The notes under the pieces were generated by a model. The model saw only the letters and a list, made by a program, of their open reading frames with translations. It was not told where the DNA came from and did no database searches. Position numbers and translations under genes: made by a program. A DNA stretch of 64,000 bases from Spirochaetia bacterium (GTDB taxonomy: Bacteria > Spirochaetota > Spirochaetia > UBA9216), in contig CAXXYH010000004.1 of the NCBI GenBank assembly GCA_963677925.2, positions 576,001-640,000 on the forward strand, in the 5' to 3' direction. Shown one piece after another: positions 1 to 9,265 of the stretch (positions within the stretch are counted from its first letter, which is position 1; every line of letters starts with the position of its first letter).

Positions 1-1
1 T

Positions 2-73
2 GGTGTTCCGATGCAGCTTGAATATATCCGAAAAGCCCTGGATCTGCAGAAAGCCGGAGAGGCCTCCTCCTGA
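2..73 (+). CDS. 3' end of a CDS entering from the left edge (…GVPMQLEYIRKALDLQKAGEASS*)
   Basis: Open frame from nt 2 to TGA at 71-73, followed by an AT-rich intergenic region; product cannot be assigned. Confidence 0.5.
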   Translation, partial: GVPMQLEYIRKALDLQKAGEASS

Positions 74-248
74 TATCAGTTTTACTGTCAGGATTAAAAG
101 AATAGAAGAATCAATTTAATCATCCATCTCCAAAAAATTAATTTTAATTTTTTTGTAACGCATTTTGTAACAGCGGGTGAAACGCCGCTGTAATGAGTGA
201 ATCTTAGTCTTTCCTCATAACCGGAAATATCCGGAGAGGAAGGGCTTT

Positions 249-896
249 ATGAAAGCTGTAAGAATGATAGTTATAAGTGTATTCAGTTTACTCCTGTTAA
301 ATGGAGCTGAGCTTGATAAGGATCTGAAGAGCAGATTAGAGCTGGAGAAGCTGTGTCAGTCATATTCATTTATCCCTGAGGAGGAAGCATATACACATAT
401 AGCAGGCGGATTTTTCTCAGTGTTTGAAGGGCGGGTGGGAAAAATCTTTAAGGAGTCAAAAACCCTTTCCGGTGAAAGCTTATTTAATCAGGTTGATAAC
501 AGTCAGAATATCGGCTGTGTATGTATGAGCCTGAAAAAGATGGGGTATAACTCAAGGTTCAACTATAAGCTTGAAGGCAAATTAACTGTTTCTTTTTCTG
601 ATGGAAATAAACAGAGTTTCTCAATGTCGGAAATTGATTATATTGATTCCGCCCATAAAGACCTGCCCTTCTACCGTATTAGTTTTATGCCTGCTGCAGG
701 GAGTAATCATGAAATAAGTGAGGCATACTTTATCAGCTGCGCATCCGTAAGTTCCAAACCGTCTTTATACGGTCTGCTTGTAATAATCCGGGAAGACCAC
801 TGGCCGGTTAACTACTATGTCAGAATAAGCGGCCGGAATGAACTTGATGCGGATGTACATCTTCATAAGGTTATTCAGGCTGTGAGTGATTTTTAA
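249..896 (+). CDS. Hypothetical exported protein
   Basis: 215 aa ORF, purine-rich SD (GGAGAGGAAGG) upstream, basic/hydrophobic signal-peptide-like N-terminus; no family recognised. Confidence 0.7.
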   Translation: MKAVRMIVISVFSLLLLNGAELDKDLKSRLELEKLCQSYSFIPEEEAYTHIAGGFFSVFEGRVGKIFKESKTLSGESLFNQVDNSQNIGCVCMSLKKMGYNSRFNYKLEGKLTVSFSDGNKQSFSMSEIDYIDSAHKDLPFYRISFMPAAGSNHEISEAYFISCASVSSKPSLYGLLVIIREDHWPVNYYVRISGRNELDADVHLHKVIQAVSDF

Positions 897-908
897 AAAC
901 AATCCGGC

Positions 909-1625
909 TTAGGGAAATATCTGAAGCCAGGCCCATGAAAACGGCATGATCAGAACCAGGGAGGGGAGCATCCCTATAACCGGGAATGGAACCACTCCGC
1001 ATATTTTTAGACCTGTTGCAAGGAGGATGATACCTCCCGCAGCTGAAAAGTCGGCAAGCATTACAGGACTTACAAGGGGCATGATCCATGTCGCGGCAAA
1101 GAACAGCGCTGCCTGTAAGATAAACTGAGGTATTGCAACAAAGGCAAGGGTGTGCCCCAGAAAAGCCCCGAAGATTGCTGCAGTGAATAGGTCCAGTATT
1201 GCTTTAATAATCAGAAGGTTCGGATCTCCGGACATCCCCTCATTCAGGGCTCCGAGAATTCAGGTAGTACTCGCGCAGAATAGAACTATTACTGATATAA
1301 ACCTTTCCATATAAGCCATATGGTCGAGGGAATCTTTCGGCGGTTTAGAAATCTTTTCAACAATTGTTCTTGCATGACCGGCAAGGACTGTAACTCCTTC
1401 CTCCAGTTTTATCAGCTCACCGATTATTGTACCGATTATGATTGCAAGAATTACCGGAGGAAATAGATTCACTTTTACAATCATGGAAATACCGAGCCCC
1501 ATAGAAATACTTCCGAAAACCAGCGGGAGCCGTTCTTTCAGACGAATCGGGATGCGGTGTCCAAGTGTTGCGCCTATCAGGCTTCCTGCAATTATTCCTA
1601 TGCTGTTTACTATAGGTCCTGTCAT
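909..1625 (-). pseudogene. DUF554 (YdfK/YqgA-like) membrane protein interrupted by an in-frame TGA
   Basis: ORFs 1260..1625 and 909..1235 share a frame; read-through gives LFCASTT*ILGALNEGMSGDP, matching the family motif FCASGTGIFGAxNEG, with TGA (1260-1262) at a Gly position. Confidence 0.85.
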
Positions 1626-1649
1626 TTAATAAAATTATCATGGTGAAAA

Positions 1650-3308
1650 TTAATATTCTATATCTACTGGGATATTTATTATTTTCTTCAGGTGTCTGAC
1701 AAAAAGCTGCGGTTTCAGCTTCTCTCTATTATTATGTGATTCCGGAATAAAAAGTATTGCGCGTTTAAGTTCGCTCTTTGTAACCTCCGGAAAATTTTTA
1801 AGTACAGTTTGGCTGACTTCCTTCTTCATATTATTTATAGCCTGTGTATTCCTGTATTCAATAAATTGCGGATATCGCTGCGAGTTTGCAAAAGGGCACC
1901 AGTCAAGCCGGAGCAGATCAATAATATACTGCAGTTCTTCTGCAGGAGCAGTCTCTGCCGTCTTAAGTAATCTTTCTCCCCAGTATTCCCATCGCTTAAT
2001 TTCTGTATCGGCGGGGGTGTCCGATCCTTTTCCACTTAAAATATCTTCTAGGAGCCTGAACCAGCCGCAGTATTTTTCCGCTAAAAAGTTCAGGCTCCGC
2101 CGGAAATAGCCGCTGTTATACAGGATTGATATAAGTTCTTCGAGTCTGTGAAAATGCTGAAGCTCAGAAAAACTGAAATCTGCCGAGTTTAAAATTTCAT
2201 ATGGCGGGGCGGCTGAAGCTTTTATCCTGTAGCTTTCTGTTTCGTTTTTCAGTGGGGTACCGGGAAGAACTTTAAGAAAGCCCGGCTGAAAGACCTCCGG
2301 TTTCAGAGACAGTATTCGGTCCATCGTTTCTGCGGCCTTTCGTGGCGTATCGCCGGGGAGCCCGATTATCTGATCAAGATGAACATGAAGTCCCGAATCC
2401 GCCGTGAGCTTTTTAATTTTTTTTTCAGATTCCATCCAGGAATCAGCGCGTCTGATATTTTTAAGCACAACCGGATCTGTAGACTGAATACCTATTTCAA
2501 GACGGGCAGTTCCCGGAGGGAGGTTAATCAGAAGGTCTATGTCTTCATCATCAAGAAGTGCCGGATGAATCTCAAAATGAAAGCAGCCCTTCGGCGGATT
2601 TTCTGTCATCATCCTCCAGATAAGTCGTGATATTGTTTTGTTATAGTTAAATGTACGATCCACAAACTTTACGGTGCCCTTAAATTCCGATAAAAGTTTA
2701 ATCTCTTCTATTATCTGATCCTTCTTACGGTACTCTGGCGGTTTTCTCGAAGCGGCCGACAGACAGTAGCTGCAGTTAAAAGCACAGCCCCGCGATGCTT
2801 CATAATAGATAAGTCTTCCTTCAAGTTCTTTTAAAAGCTCAGTGTCGTAGGGGAAGACCGTCTTAGAGAATTCAGCGGGATTAACTTTTACGATCTCAGC
2901 GGATTTATTCAGCGTTCGATCAAGTCCGGGTGAAGGGAGGAGCTTAGACAGAGCCGCTGCATAGTCTTCGGCGTTGCCGTCGAGGATGTAGTTCAGGCCG
3001 GGGAGCTTCTTCCAGTCACTGCTGTTGTATACGGCTTCAGGGCCGCCGCAGCAGATTACGGCATCTGGTTTGATATTTGCGAGATCCTGTATAATCTGTT
3101 TAATGTATTCTGCGTTCCATATGTAAACTGAAAAAATATAATGTGAATAATCAGTTTCAAGCAGTTTCTCGAGAAGTCCCCGCATCGATCTGTTGATATC
3201 CCATTCAATTAGAGAACATCTTCCTCTCAGTGCCCTTCGAAGATAGAGCAGTGCTAAGTTTGAGTGTGAATAGCGGGAGTTAACTGCTATTAAAGCCGGG
3301 TTCACCAT
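1650..3308 (-). CDS. B12-binding radical SAM protein (DUF4080-type C-terminus)
   Basis: YYEASRGCAFNCSYC radical SAM motif, N-terminal cobalamin-binding-like segment (SVYIWN…GGPE), KFVDRTFN. Confidence 0.85.
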   Translation of the reverse strand: MVNPALIAVNSRYSHSNLALLYLRRALRGRCSLIEWDINRSMRGLLEKLLETDYSHYIFSVYIWNAEYIKQIIQDLANIKPDAVICCGGPEAVYNSSDWKKLPGLNYILDGNAEDYAAALSKLLPSPGLDRTLNKSAEIVKVNPAEFSKTVFPYDTELLKELEGRLIYYEASRGCAFNCSYCLSAASRKPPEYRKKDQIIEEIKLLSEFKGTVKFVDRTFNYNKTISRLIWRMMTENPPKGCFHFEIHPALLDDEDIDLLINLPPGTARLEIGIQSTDPVVLKNIRRADSWMESEKKIKKLTADSGLHVHLDQIIGLPGDTPRKAAETMDRILSLKPEVFQPGFLKVLPGTPLKNETESYRIKASAAPPYEILNSADFSFSELQHFHRLEELISILYNSGYFRRSLNFLAEKYCGWFRLLEDILSGKGSDTPADTEIKRWEYWGERLLKTAETAPAEELQYIIDLLRLDWCPFANSQRYPQFIEYRNTQAINNMKKEVSQTVLKNFPEVTKSELKRAILFIPESHNNREKLKPQLFVRHLKKIINIPVDIEY

Positions 3309-3345
3309 AATCTATATTAGCATAAAATTGATGAACCGTTATGAG

Positions 3346-4341
3346 CTATGGCGTTTCGATGTTGTAAAACAGACTGTTGAATTCAGCCATTTCCGATTCA
3401 AGGTCATAATCTACTTTTTCGGGATAAAGTACCGCCTGCAGCCAGAGAATGCCTGCTACCCGATTTACGGAAGGCGGCTTTGCAAATATATCGAAAGGAA
3501 TGTGCGGAACTACTTCCACCTTCGCGCCCAGAGACTTCCATGCCGGCTTGTTGTAAACGCTGCCTTCGTTTGCCGGAGAATTACCGAAGGAGCCGGCTAT
3601 AATATACTCAGGCTGCCATCCTGCAAGTTCTTCAAATGATATAGTCATGTGTCCGATTTTTTTGAGGTAGGGAACTTTCACCACATTTACAGCGCCGCAG
3701 AGCTCCATATATTCCGACAGGCTTGTTCCGGTCGGATATGTTTTTAGTCCGTCTGCATCAAGGCTATAAAAGATTGTTTTCTTTTCGCTGTCTGAAAGAG
3801 TTGCCGTTAGAGCTTTCGCACGGTCAATTACATTCCGGCAGTAAGCTGCAAGTTCTGCCGCCCGTTCTTCTTTACCGCAGATTTTACCAAGTAATTTATA
3901 GGCGGCATCAACCTTGTTCAAATCTCCATCGATTACTACGACCGATATCTGAAACCGATTCTGAATCTCATCGGCCTTTGTGATTAAATCTCCAGTAAGG
4001 TCACCCATTAGAAGTATAAGCTGCGGGTTGGCAAGAAAGACTTCTTCCTCACTGATGGCCTTTCCGTTTCCGTAAAGAGTTCCGTATTTAGGAAGATTGC
4101 GGACAGGTGCCGGAAGCAGAGGTTTAACATCCTTGTAAAGAGTCAGATTCCATCCGGCCATTTCTGTATAATCCATGGTGTAAAGAAATACAGCCGCTGT
4201 GGGATTTGCCGTAAAAATTGTTTTTATTTCTGAAGCTTCAGGCAGTTTAATCTGCCGTCCGGCCATATCTGTCATATTTCTTTCGGCGAATACCGAATAT
4301 CCTGCTGTAATTAATAGAAGAAAAACTATTACTTTTTTCAT
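3346..4341 (-). CDS. Fe-siderophore/cobalamin-type ABC transporter substrate-binding protein
   Basis: Signal peptide, TDMAGRQI start motif, class III SBP features; downstream of a FecCD permease and ATPase. Confidence 0.85.
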   Translation of the reverse strand: MKKVIVFLLLITAGYSVFAERNMTDMAGRQIKLPEASEIKTIFTANPTAAVFLYTMDYTEMAGWNLTLYKDVKPLLPAPVRNLPKYGTLYGNGKAISEEEVFLANPQLILLMGDLTGDLITKADEIQNRFQISVVVIDGDLNKVDAAYKLLGKICGKEERAAELAAYCRNVIDRAKALTATLSDSEKKTIFYSLDADGLKTYPTGTSLSEYMELCGAVNVVKVPYLKKIGHMTISFEELAGWQPEYIIAGSFGNSPANEGSVYNKPAWKSLGAKVEVVPHIPFDIFAKPPSVNRVAGILWLQAVLYPEKVDYDLESEMAEFNSLFYNIETP

Positions 4342-5147
4342 GATATCTTCTCCATATTATAAATTGATGGTTTAAACATGGGGCCGCAATGGCTTGTTCC
4401 ATTCTCATCCCTGACCACCGCTATCGGCGTTGCGTATATTCTGGAAAGGGTTTCCCCTTTTATTACGTCTTCAGCCTCGCCGCTGGCAATGATTGAACCC
4501 TTATGAAGGATAATTGTCCTGGCCTGCAGCCACAGGCTGTGCTGCGGAAAATGGCTGCTCATTAGAATTCCCATACCCTCTGATGCGAGTTCCTCAATCA
4601 CTTTGAGTACCTTAATCTGATTTCCAAGATCAAGATTTGCCACCGGTTCATCAAGAACCATATACTCAGCCGACTGAACAAGAGCCCGGGCTATCAGAAC
4701 AAGCCTCTGCTCTCCGCCGGACAGTTTGGTGAAGATTTCATTCATACAGTCTGTCAGCGACAGCCTCTCAAGAACCCTTTCTGCTTTTTCATAATCTTCG
4801 CGGGACGGTTCGGCAAAGATTCCCCTGCAGTACTGTCTTCCGAGTACAACCATGTCCAGGACTGTAAGCGGCAGCCCCGGTTTGTGTGACTGCGGTACGT
4901 ATGATATTCTTGCTGCACGTTCACCGTGTTTCAATCCTGAAAGATTTGCACCGTTTACCAGAACTGATCCTGTTCTTGATTTCTTGAGCTGGCAGATAGC
5001 TTTTATAAGGGTTGTCTTACCTTCTCCGTTTGCACCGAGGATGGTTACTATCCTGCCTTTTTCAACTTCAAAAGAGATATCTTTAACTATGGTTTTAGGG
5101 CCGTATCCCAATGTGAGGTTGTTAACTGATAAAGCCTTGGCTGTCAT
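4338..5147 (-). CDS. Fe/B12-type ABC transporter ATP-binding protein
   Basis: Walker A GANGEGKTT, signature LSGGEQR, Walker B LDEP; 4-bp overlaps with both neighbours. Confidence 0.92.
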   Translation of the reverse strand: MTAKALSVNNLTLGYGPKTIVKDISFEVEKGRIVTILGANGEGKTTLIKAICQLKKSRTGSVLVNGANLSGLKHGERAARISYVPQSHKPGLPLTVLDMVVLGRQYCRGIFAEPSREDYEKAERVLERLSLTDCMNEIFTKLSGGEQRLVLIARALVQSAEYMVLDEPVANLDLGNQIKVLKVIEELASEGMGILMSSHFPQHSLWLQARTIILHKGSIIASGEAEDVIKGETLSRIYATPIAVVRDENGTSHCGPMFKPSIYNMEKIS

Positions 5148-6166
5148 CGGGCGCCTCCTTTCTGTCTTAAAATTACAAGAGCGAAAAACGGAGCTCCGAT
5201 AAGCGCCGTCATTATACCAAGTGGAAATTCAAGAGGGGACAGTGTCCGTACCGCTGTATCTATAATTAGAAGGTATCCTGCCCCTGCGATGAGGGAATAT
5301 ACAAAAAGGTTTCCAAAGCGTATGCCGGGATGTATCAGTCTCACAAGGTGGGGGACAACAAGCCCGACCCAGCCTATCACACCGCTCTGCGAAACTGCAG
5401 CTGAAGTCATGAGTGATGAAAAGATGATTACCGCATACCGGTAGGGTGCAGGATTTATTCCCATTGTCAGAAGCTCTTCCTCATCCAGAGAGAGTGCGGT
5501 AATTTTCCAGCGCAGTCCATAAAGACAGAGGCTGCTGATTACAACTACAATCCCTGTAAAGAGAGTTCCGCCAAGTTCGCTTCCTGAAAGTGAGCCCATT
5601 AGCCAGTACGTAATAGCCGGCAGAGTATTCAGCGGATCGGCTGTGAATTTCAGCAGGGATATCAGTGCAGTGAAAAATGTGCTCACAAGCATCCCCGATA
5701 AAACCAGCATCAGAATCCTGCTTCGTCTGTTTGAAAATGATGCGACAGACATTGCAGCAAGTACAGCAAGGGTTCCGGTTGTGAAGGCTCCTGCCTGAAT
5801 AAGCCATGGGGATAGTCCGAGCAGGATGGCAAGTGCAGCGCCGAAGGCGGCCCCTGATGAAGCCCCCATTACGGAGGGTGAAACCATCGGATTTTTAAAT
5901 ACCGTCTGAAAAAGGGTTCCCGCACCGGAGAGCGCTGCTCCTGTGAACAATGCTGCAAGTATACGCGGAAGTCTGACATTAAGCAGAATGATGGATGCGG
6001 CATTATTATCAGATCTGGACAAAATGATATCCAGAAGCTGTGAAATGCTGATGGGATAGCGCCCCAGGAGGAGGGCTGCTGAACTGAGGATCAGAAGAAG
6101 GAGTATTCCTCTGCTCCATATTAAAAAGGCTGAATAGTTCTGATTCCCCGAAATCTGCGCTGTCAT
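5144..6166 (-). CDS. FecCD/BtuC-family ABC permease
   Basis: VRLPRIL, FKNPMVSP, WLMGSL and GWVGLVVPH motifs; multiple TM segments. Confidence 0.92.
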   Translation of the reverse strand: MTAQISGNQNYSAFLIWSRGILLLLILSSAALLLGRYPISISQLLDIILSRSDNNAASIILLNVRLPRILAALFTGAALSGAGTLFQTVFKNPMVSPSVMGASSGAAFGAALAILLGLSPWLIQAGAFTTGTLAVLAAMSVASFSNRRSRILMLVLSGMLVSTFFTALISLLKFTADPLNTLPAITYWLMGSLSGSELGGTLFTGIVVVISSLCLYGLRWKITALSLDEEELLTMGINPAPYRYAVIIFSSLMTSAAVSQSGVIGWVGLVVPHLVRLIHPGIRFGNLFVYSLIAGAGYLLIIDTAVRTLSPLEFPLGIMTALIGAPFFALVILRQKGGAR

Positions 6167-6406
6167 GCAGTATATTATGCAAAAATCGAGCCAAGTCTAG
6201 GAAATATTCTGTAACAGCAGAGATTGAAGAATAAAAATAAATTAAAACAGATAATTCAGCTGGGTGAATCAATGATTACCGGTTGGTATTGGTCCGGTTT
6301 GCACTTTCCGGTTGAAGTTCTGCCTCCTTCCGGTAATAATTTGGTTACCTTTATGTAGGAAAGAGCTGATTATGTACAGATATGTAAGAATTTACCTGAA
6401 GGTAAT

Positions 6407-7075
6407 TTATCTGCCTATCGTGTACAGGTAGGCTATCTGCAGAAAAGCTCTCCAGCCAGGCTGATTTACTGCAGTGTCGGCATCTTCATACGTGTAGTCA
6501 TTGCGCGGGCGCTCATCAAGCCCGTCAGGAGTATAATAGTAGGTTCCGTGTGCATCCAGCTGTGATTTAAAGAAGTATTCGCCACCGCCCTTGAGAAGAA
6601 GGGTGCTGCTTGAGTCATTTATCGGGAAACGCAGTGCTGCACCCGCCCCGATACCGAAAGGATCAGATGTGACGGTGAACGCTTCGTTATTTCCGATAAA
6701 TGCATAGTGTGCAGAGTAGTAATTCCATAGCCCGGAAACTGTAACTTCAAGAAAGAGCTTTTCGGAAGGCGTCCACTTCCAGCCTAAATCCATGGCTGCA
6801 AGATAAGATTCGCCGTACTTTTCAATATTTCCGCCTGTGTTGTCATTTATGAATATCGCCCTGGCATCTGTTGCATTGCCCGGATCAAGCTGATACACAT
6901 ATCCGCCCCGTGCCTGTATGAAAAACGGGAAATCTGATGATTCTTCTTCAAGCCTCAAAGCGAGGGAAACACCGGTATCTCCGTAATAGCCGGCACTGAT
7001 TTCATGGAAGGGTTCCAGAGCAAAAACTGATATAGATATAAGAATGAATAGAGTTATAAATAAAACTTTTTTCAT
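6407..7075 (-). CDS. Exported protein, probable outer-membrane beta-barrel
   Basis: Signal peptide (…SVFA), alternating aromatic/Gly beta-strand pattern, C-terminal strand AFLQIAYLY. Confidence 0.6.
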   Translation of the reverse strand: MKKVLFITLFILISISVFALEPFHEISAGYYGDTGVSLALRLEEESSDFPFFIQARGGYVYQLDPGNATDARAIFINDNTGGNIEKYGESYLAAMDLGWKWTPSEKLFLEVTVSGLWNYYSAHYAFIGNNEAFTVTSDPFGIGAGAALRFPINDSSSTLLLKGGGEYFFKSQLDAHGTYYYTPDGLDERPRNDYTYEDADTAVNQPGWRAFLQIAYLYTIGR

Positions 7076-7145
7076 GATAACCTGCCTTACAGGATAATAT
7101 ACATATAATATAACTCAAAGATAAGAAAAATTTTATATAGAAACA

Positions 7146-8207
7146 TTAAAAACCTGAAAAACCAAGACCCGGCAGATCTGACGGAGAGAGGCTTCCTCTG
7201 TTCAGCAGCACAGTTCCCTCGGCTGGATCTTCAAGAATGTCCAGATGACCGTCGAGATCGGCATAAAGGATGTTTCTGCTGCTGAGTGCAAAATGAAGAC
7301 CGGCCGAGATGCTTAAGGCTGACTCATCCATGCAGCCGACCATGACCTTTATCCGGGCTGAGCGGGCAACGCTGTTTACCTGAATTGCGTCGGAGATGCC
7401 GCCTGTTTTCATCAATTTAATATTAAGCATATCAACAAGCCCCTTTTTTGCCAGCTTGAATGCATCCATTAAGGAAATAAGGCTTTCATCAGCCATGACC
7501 GGAACCGGAGACCGGCTGGTAATGGCGCCCAGGGAGTGTGAGTCTTCCTTGATTGTCGGCTGTTCAAGAACTTCAAGCGGGACGGTCCTGACTCTCTCAA
7601 GGAACAGCAGAGTCTGTTCCCTGCTGTAGCCCTGGTTGGCATCAAAGCGCAGCCGGATATTTTTACCCCAGCGTTCCTGAAGCTTGATAAGTCGGTATGC
7701 GTCTTCTTCAAAGTCATTTCCGCCTTTAACTTTCAGGATGTTAAATCCCTGCGAAATAAAGTTTTCAGCCTGTTTTTCAGTTTCATCTGCAGAGCAGATT
7801 CCTATGGTTACACTGGTTTCTATTCTGGAGCGATATCCTCCAAGAAGTTTCCATAGCGGCAGATCCGCCTGTTTTCCCAGAAGATCCCATAGCGCCATGT
7901 CTACTGCTGCCCAGATTCCCGGATATTCAGGAAAGGCTTTATGGATCTTCTCCATTATTTTACCGCGCCTGAAGGGATCTCCTCCTTTAAGAAGTTCAGG
8001 CAGCTGTGCAGCCGCTTCCGGAAAGATATGTTCGACAACTTCACCGGTCACGAAGGGGTCAGGTGCCATACAGCCCCAGCCGCAGAGACGGCCGGTGTCG
8101 ATCTGTATGAAGATGTGATCTGCATGATCGAAATGATTATATGCAATTGTATAGGGAACTTTCAGCTTCAGAGAACGACGGGTAACATTGACTTTCAGAA
8201 TTTTCAT
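7146..8207 (-). CDS. Dipeptide epimerase / N-acyl-amino-acid racemase (enolase superfamily, AEE/DgcA-like)
   Basis: KVK, DANQG, EQP, MADES, NIKLMK and DLDG motifs. Confidence 0.9.
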   Translation of the reverse strand: MKILKVNVTRRSLKLKVPYTIAYNHFDHADHIFIQIDTGRLCGWGCMAPDPFVTGEVVEHIFPEAAAQLPELLKGGDPFRRGKIMEKIHKAFPEYPGIWAAVDMALWDLLGKQADLPLWKLLGGYRSRIETSVTIGICSADETEKQAENFISQGFNILKVKGGNDFEEDAYRLIKLQERWGKNIRLRFDANQGYSREQTLLFLERVRTVPLEVLEQPTIKEDSHSLGAITSRSPVPVMADESLISLMDAFKLAKKGLVDMLNIKLMKTGGISDAIQVNSVARSARIKVMVGCMDESALSISAGLHFALSSRNILYADLDGHLDILEDPAEGTVLLNRGSLSPSDLPGLGFSGF

Positions 8208-9265
8208 AGTGACTGTATTGCTTTTAAAATCCCTTCACAGGACTGTGTAAGCGGGTCGCATGCCGGTATTCCGTGCTGATCCTCAAGGCTTCTGCAGACA
8301 GTTTCTATCGCTGCGGGATCCATTTCTTCATGGTTGATTGTTATGCCGATAACCTTCTTTTTTGAAAGGAACTCGGCAAGGAAAATCTGATCTTTTAGAG
8401 AATCGATCGGGTATCCGGGGAAGCCGTCATACTCCTTCCTTGCAGGTGCGTGCTGCATGATAATTCCGTGGGGCCGGGTTGCCGCGAGTATTTCAAATCC
8501 GCCGGGATAGCCCGGATTCATTAAACTTCCCTGTCCTTCTATAACAAGGAAATCCGGCTTTATCTCATTCCAGGCTGTCCATGTTGTGTGTTCAAGTTCA
8601 CCGCTTACATAGTCATTTATAAGCGAATCAAGAACCATACTGTAGCGTGCTCCCTGCAGCCATGCTGTCTGTCCGGTTCCAATCAGCTCGGCACTTCTCC
8701 CTGCTTCCTGCAGGCCGTGAACTATTATCCATGCAGTGGTGCGTTTTCCCAGTGCGGAATCTGTTCCCATCAGAGCGATACGTCTGGACGTCACTTCCTC
8801 AATTTTACCGCTGAACATATGGTTGCTCTCAGCGCCGGGGCGCCGGATATCTCTGAGCTTCAAACCCTTGCTTTCTGCTAGTTTTGAAATTTCAGGGTCG
8901 TCCTGCATATAGTCGTGGAGGCCTGAATCGGCATTAAGTCCGGCATTCAGGGCTTCTTTCACCGCAGCTCGGACTTCCCTGGTCATATAGCCTCCGTCGG
9001 TTGCAAGGCCTATAACAAAATGGGTAAGTTCTTTACCCTGTTTTTTTCCGGCGGAGACAGCGCTTTTAAGATCCTTGACTATTGGGATACCGTTTTTCTT
9101 TCGATCAAGGAGTTCTCCGGCGTCGGGAGCCCCATCTATACTGCTGTCAATAACAGCAATCACATTATACCGCTCTGTGAAGCGGACAAGCCCGTGGGCG
9201 GTCTTTCCGTAGGTATTAAGAAAAGAGTTTTCGCAGTATATTGCTGCATTTCCTTCAGCTTTCAT
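8204..9265 (-). CDS. DUF1611 protein (DgcN-like N-acetyltransferase)
   Basis: GKTAHGLVR, SGLH, GTDSALGKRTT, GTGQT and IEGQGS motifs; coupled to the epimerase. Confidence 0.88.
   Translation of the reverse strand: MKAEGNAAIYCENSFLNTYGKTAHGLVRFTERYNVIAVIDSSIDGAPDAGELLDRKKNGIPIVKDLKSAVSAGKKQGKELTHFVIGLATDGGYMTREVRAAVKEALNAGLNADSGLHDYMQDDPEISKLAESKGLKLRDIRRPGAESNHMFSGKIEEVTSRRIALMGTDSALGKRTTAWIIVHGLQEAGRSAELIGTGQTAWLQGARYSMVLDSLINDYVSGELEHTTWTAWNEIKPDFLVIEGQGSLMNPGYPGGFEILAATRPHGIIMQHAPARKEYDGFPGYPIDSLKDQIFLAEFLSKKKVIGITINHEEMDPAAIETVCRSLEDQHGIPACDPLTQSCEGILKAIQSL

Noticed and set aside
1224-1262. Selenocysteine or code-25 recoding of the DUF554 TGA
   Set aside because: The position aligns to Gly rather than Cys, the downstream hairpin is weak, and many intact genes here end in TGA
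6318-6337. Minus-strand CCGGAAGGAGGCAG resembling SRP RNA domain IV
   Set aside because: The upstream CAGG half and the flanking long helix are missing
6167-6406. Cobalamin riboswitch before the FecCD permease
   Set aside because: No GGGAA…CCCCGC…ACUG core or B12 box visible
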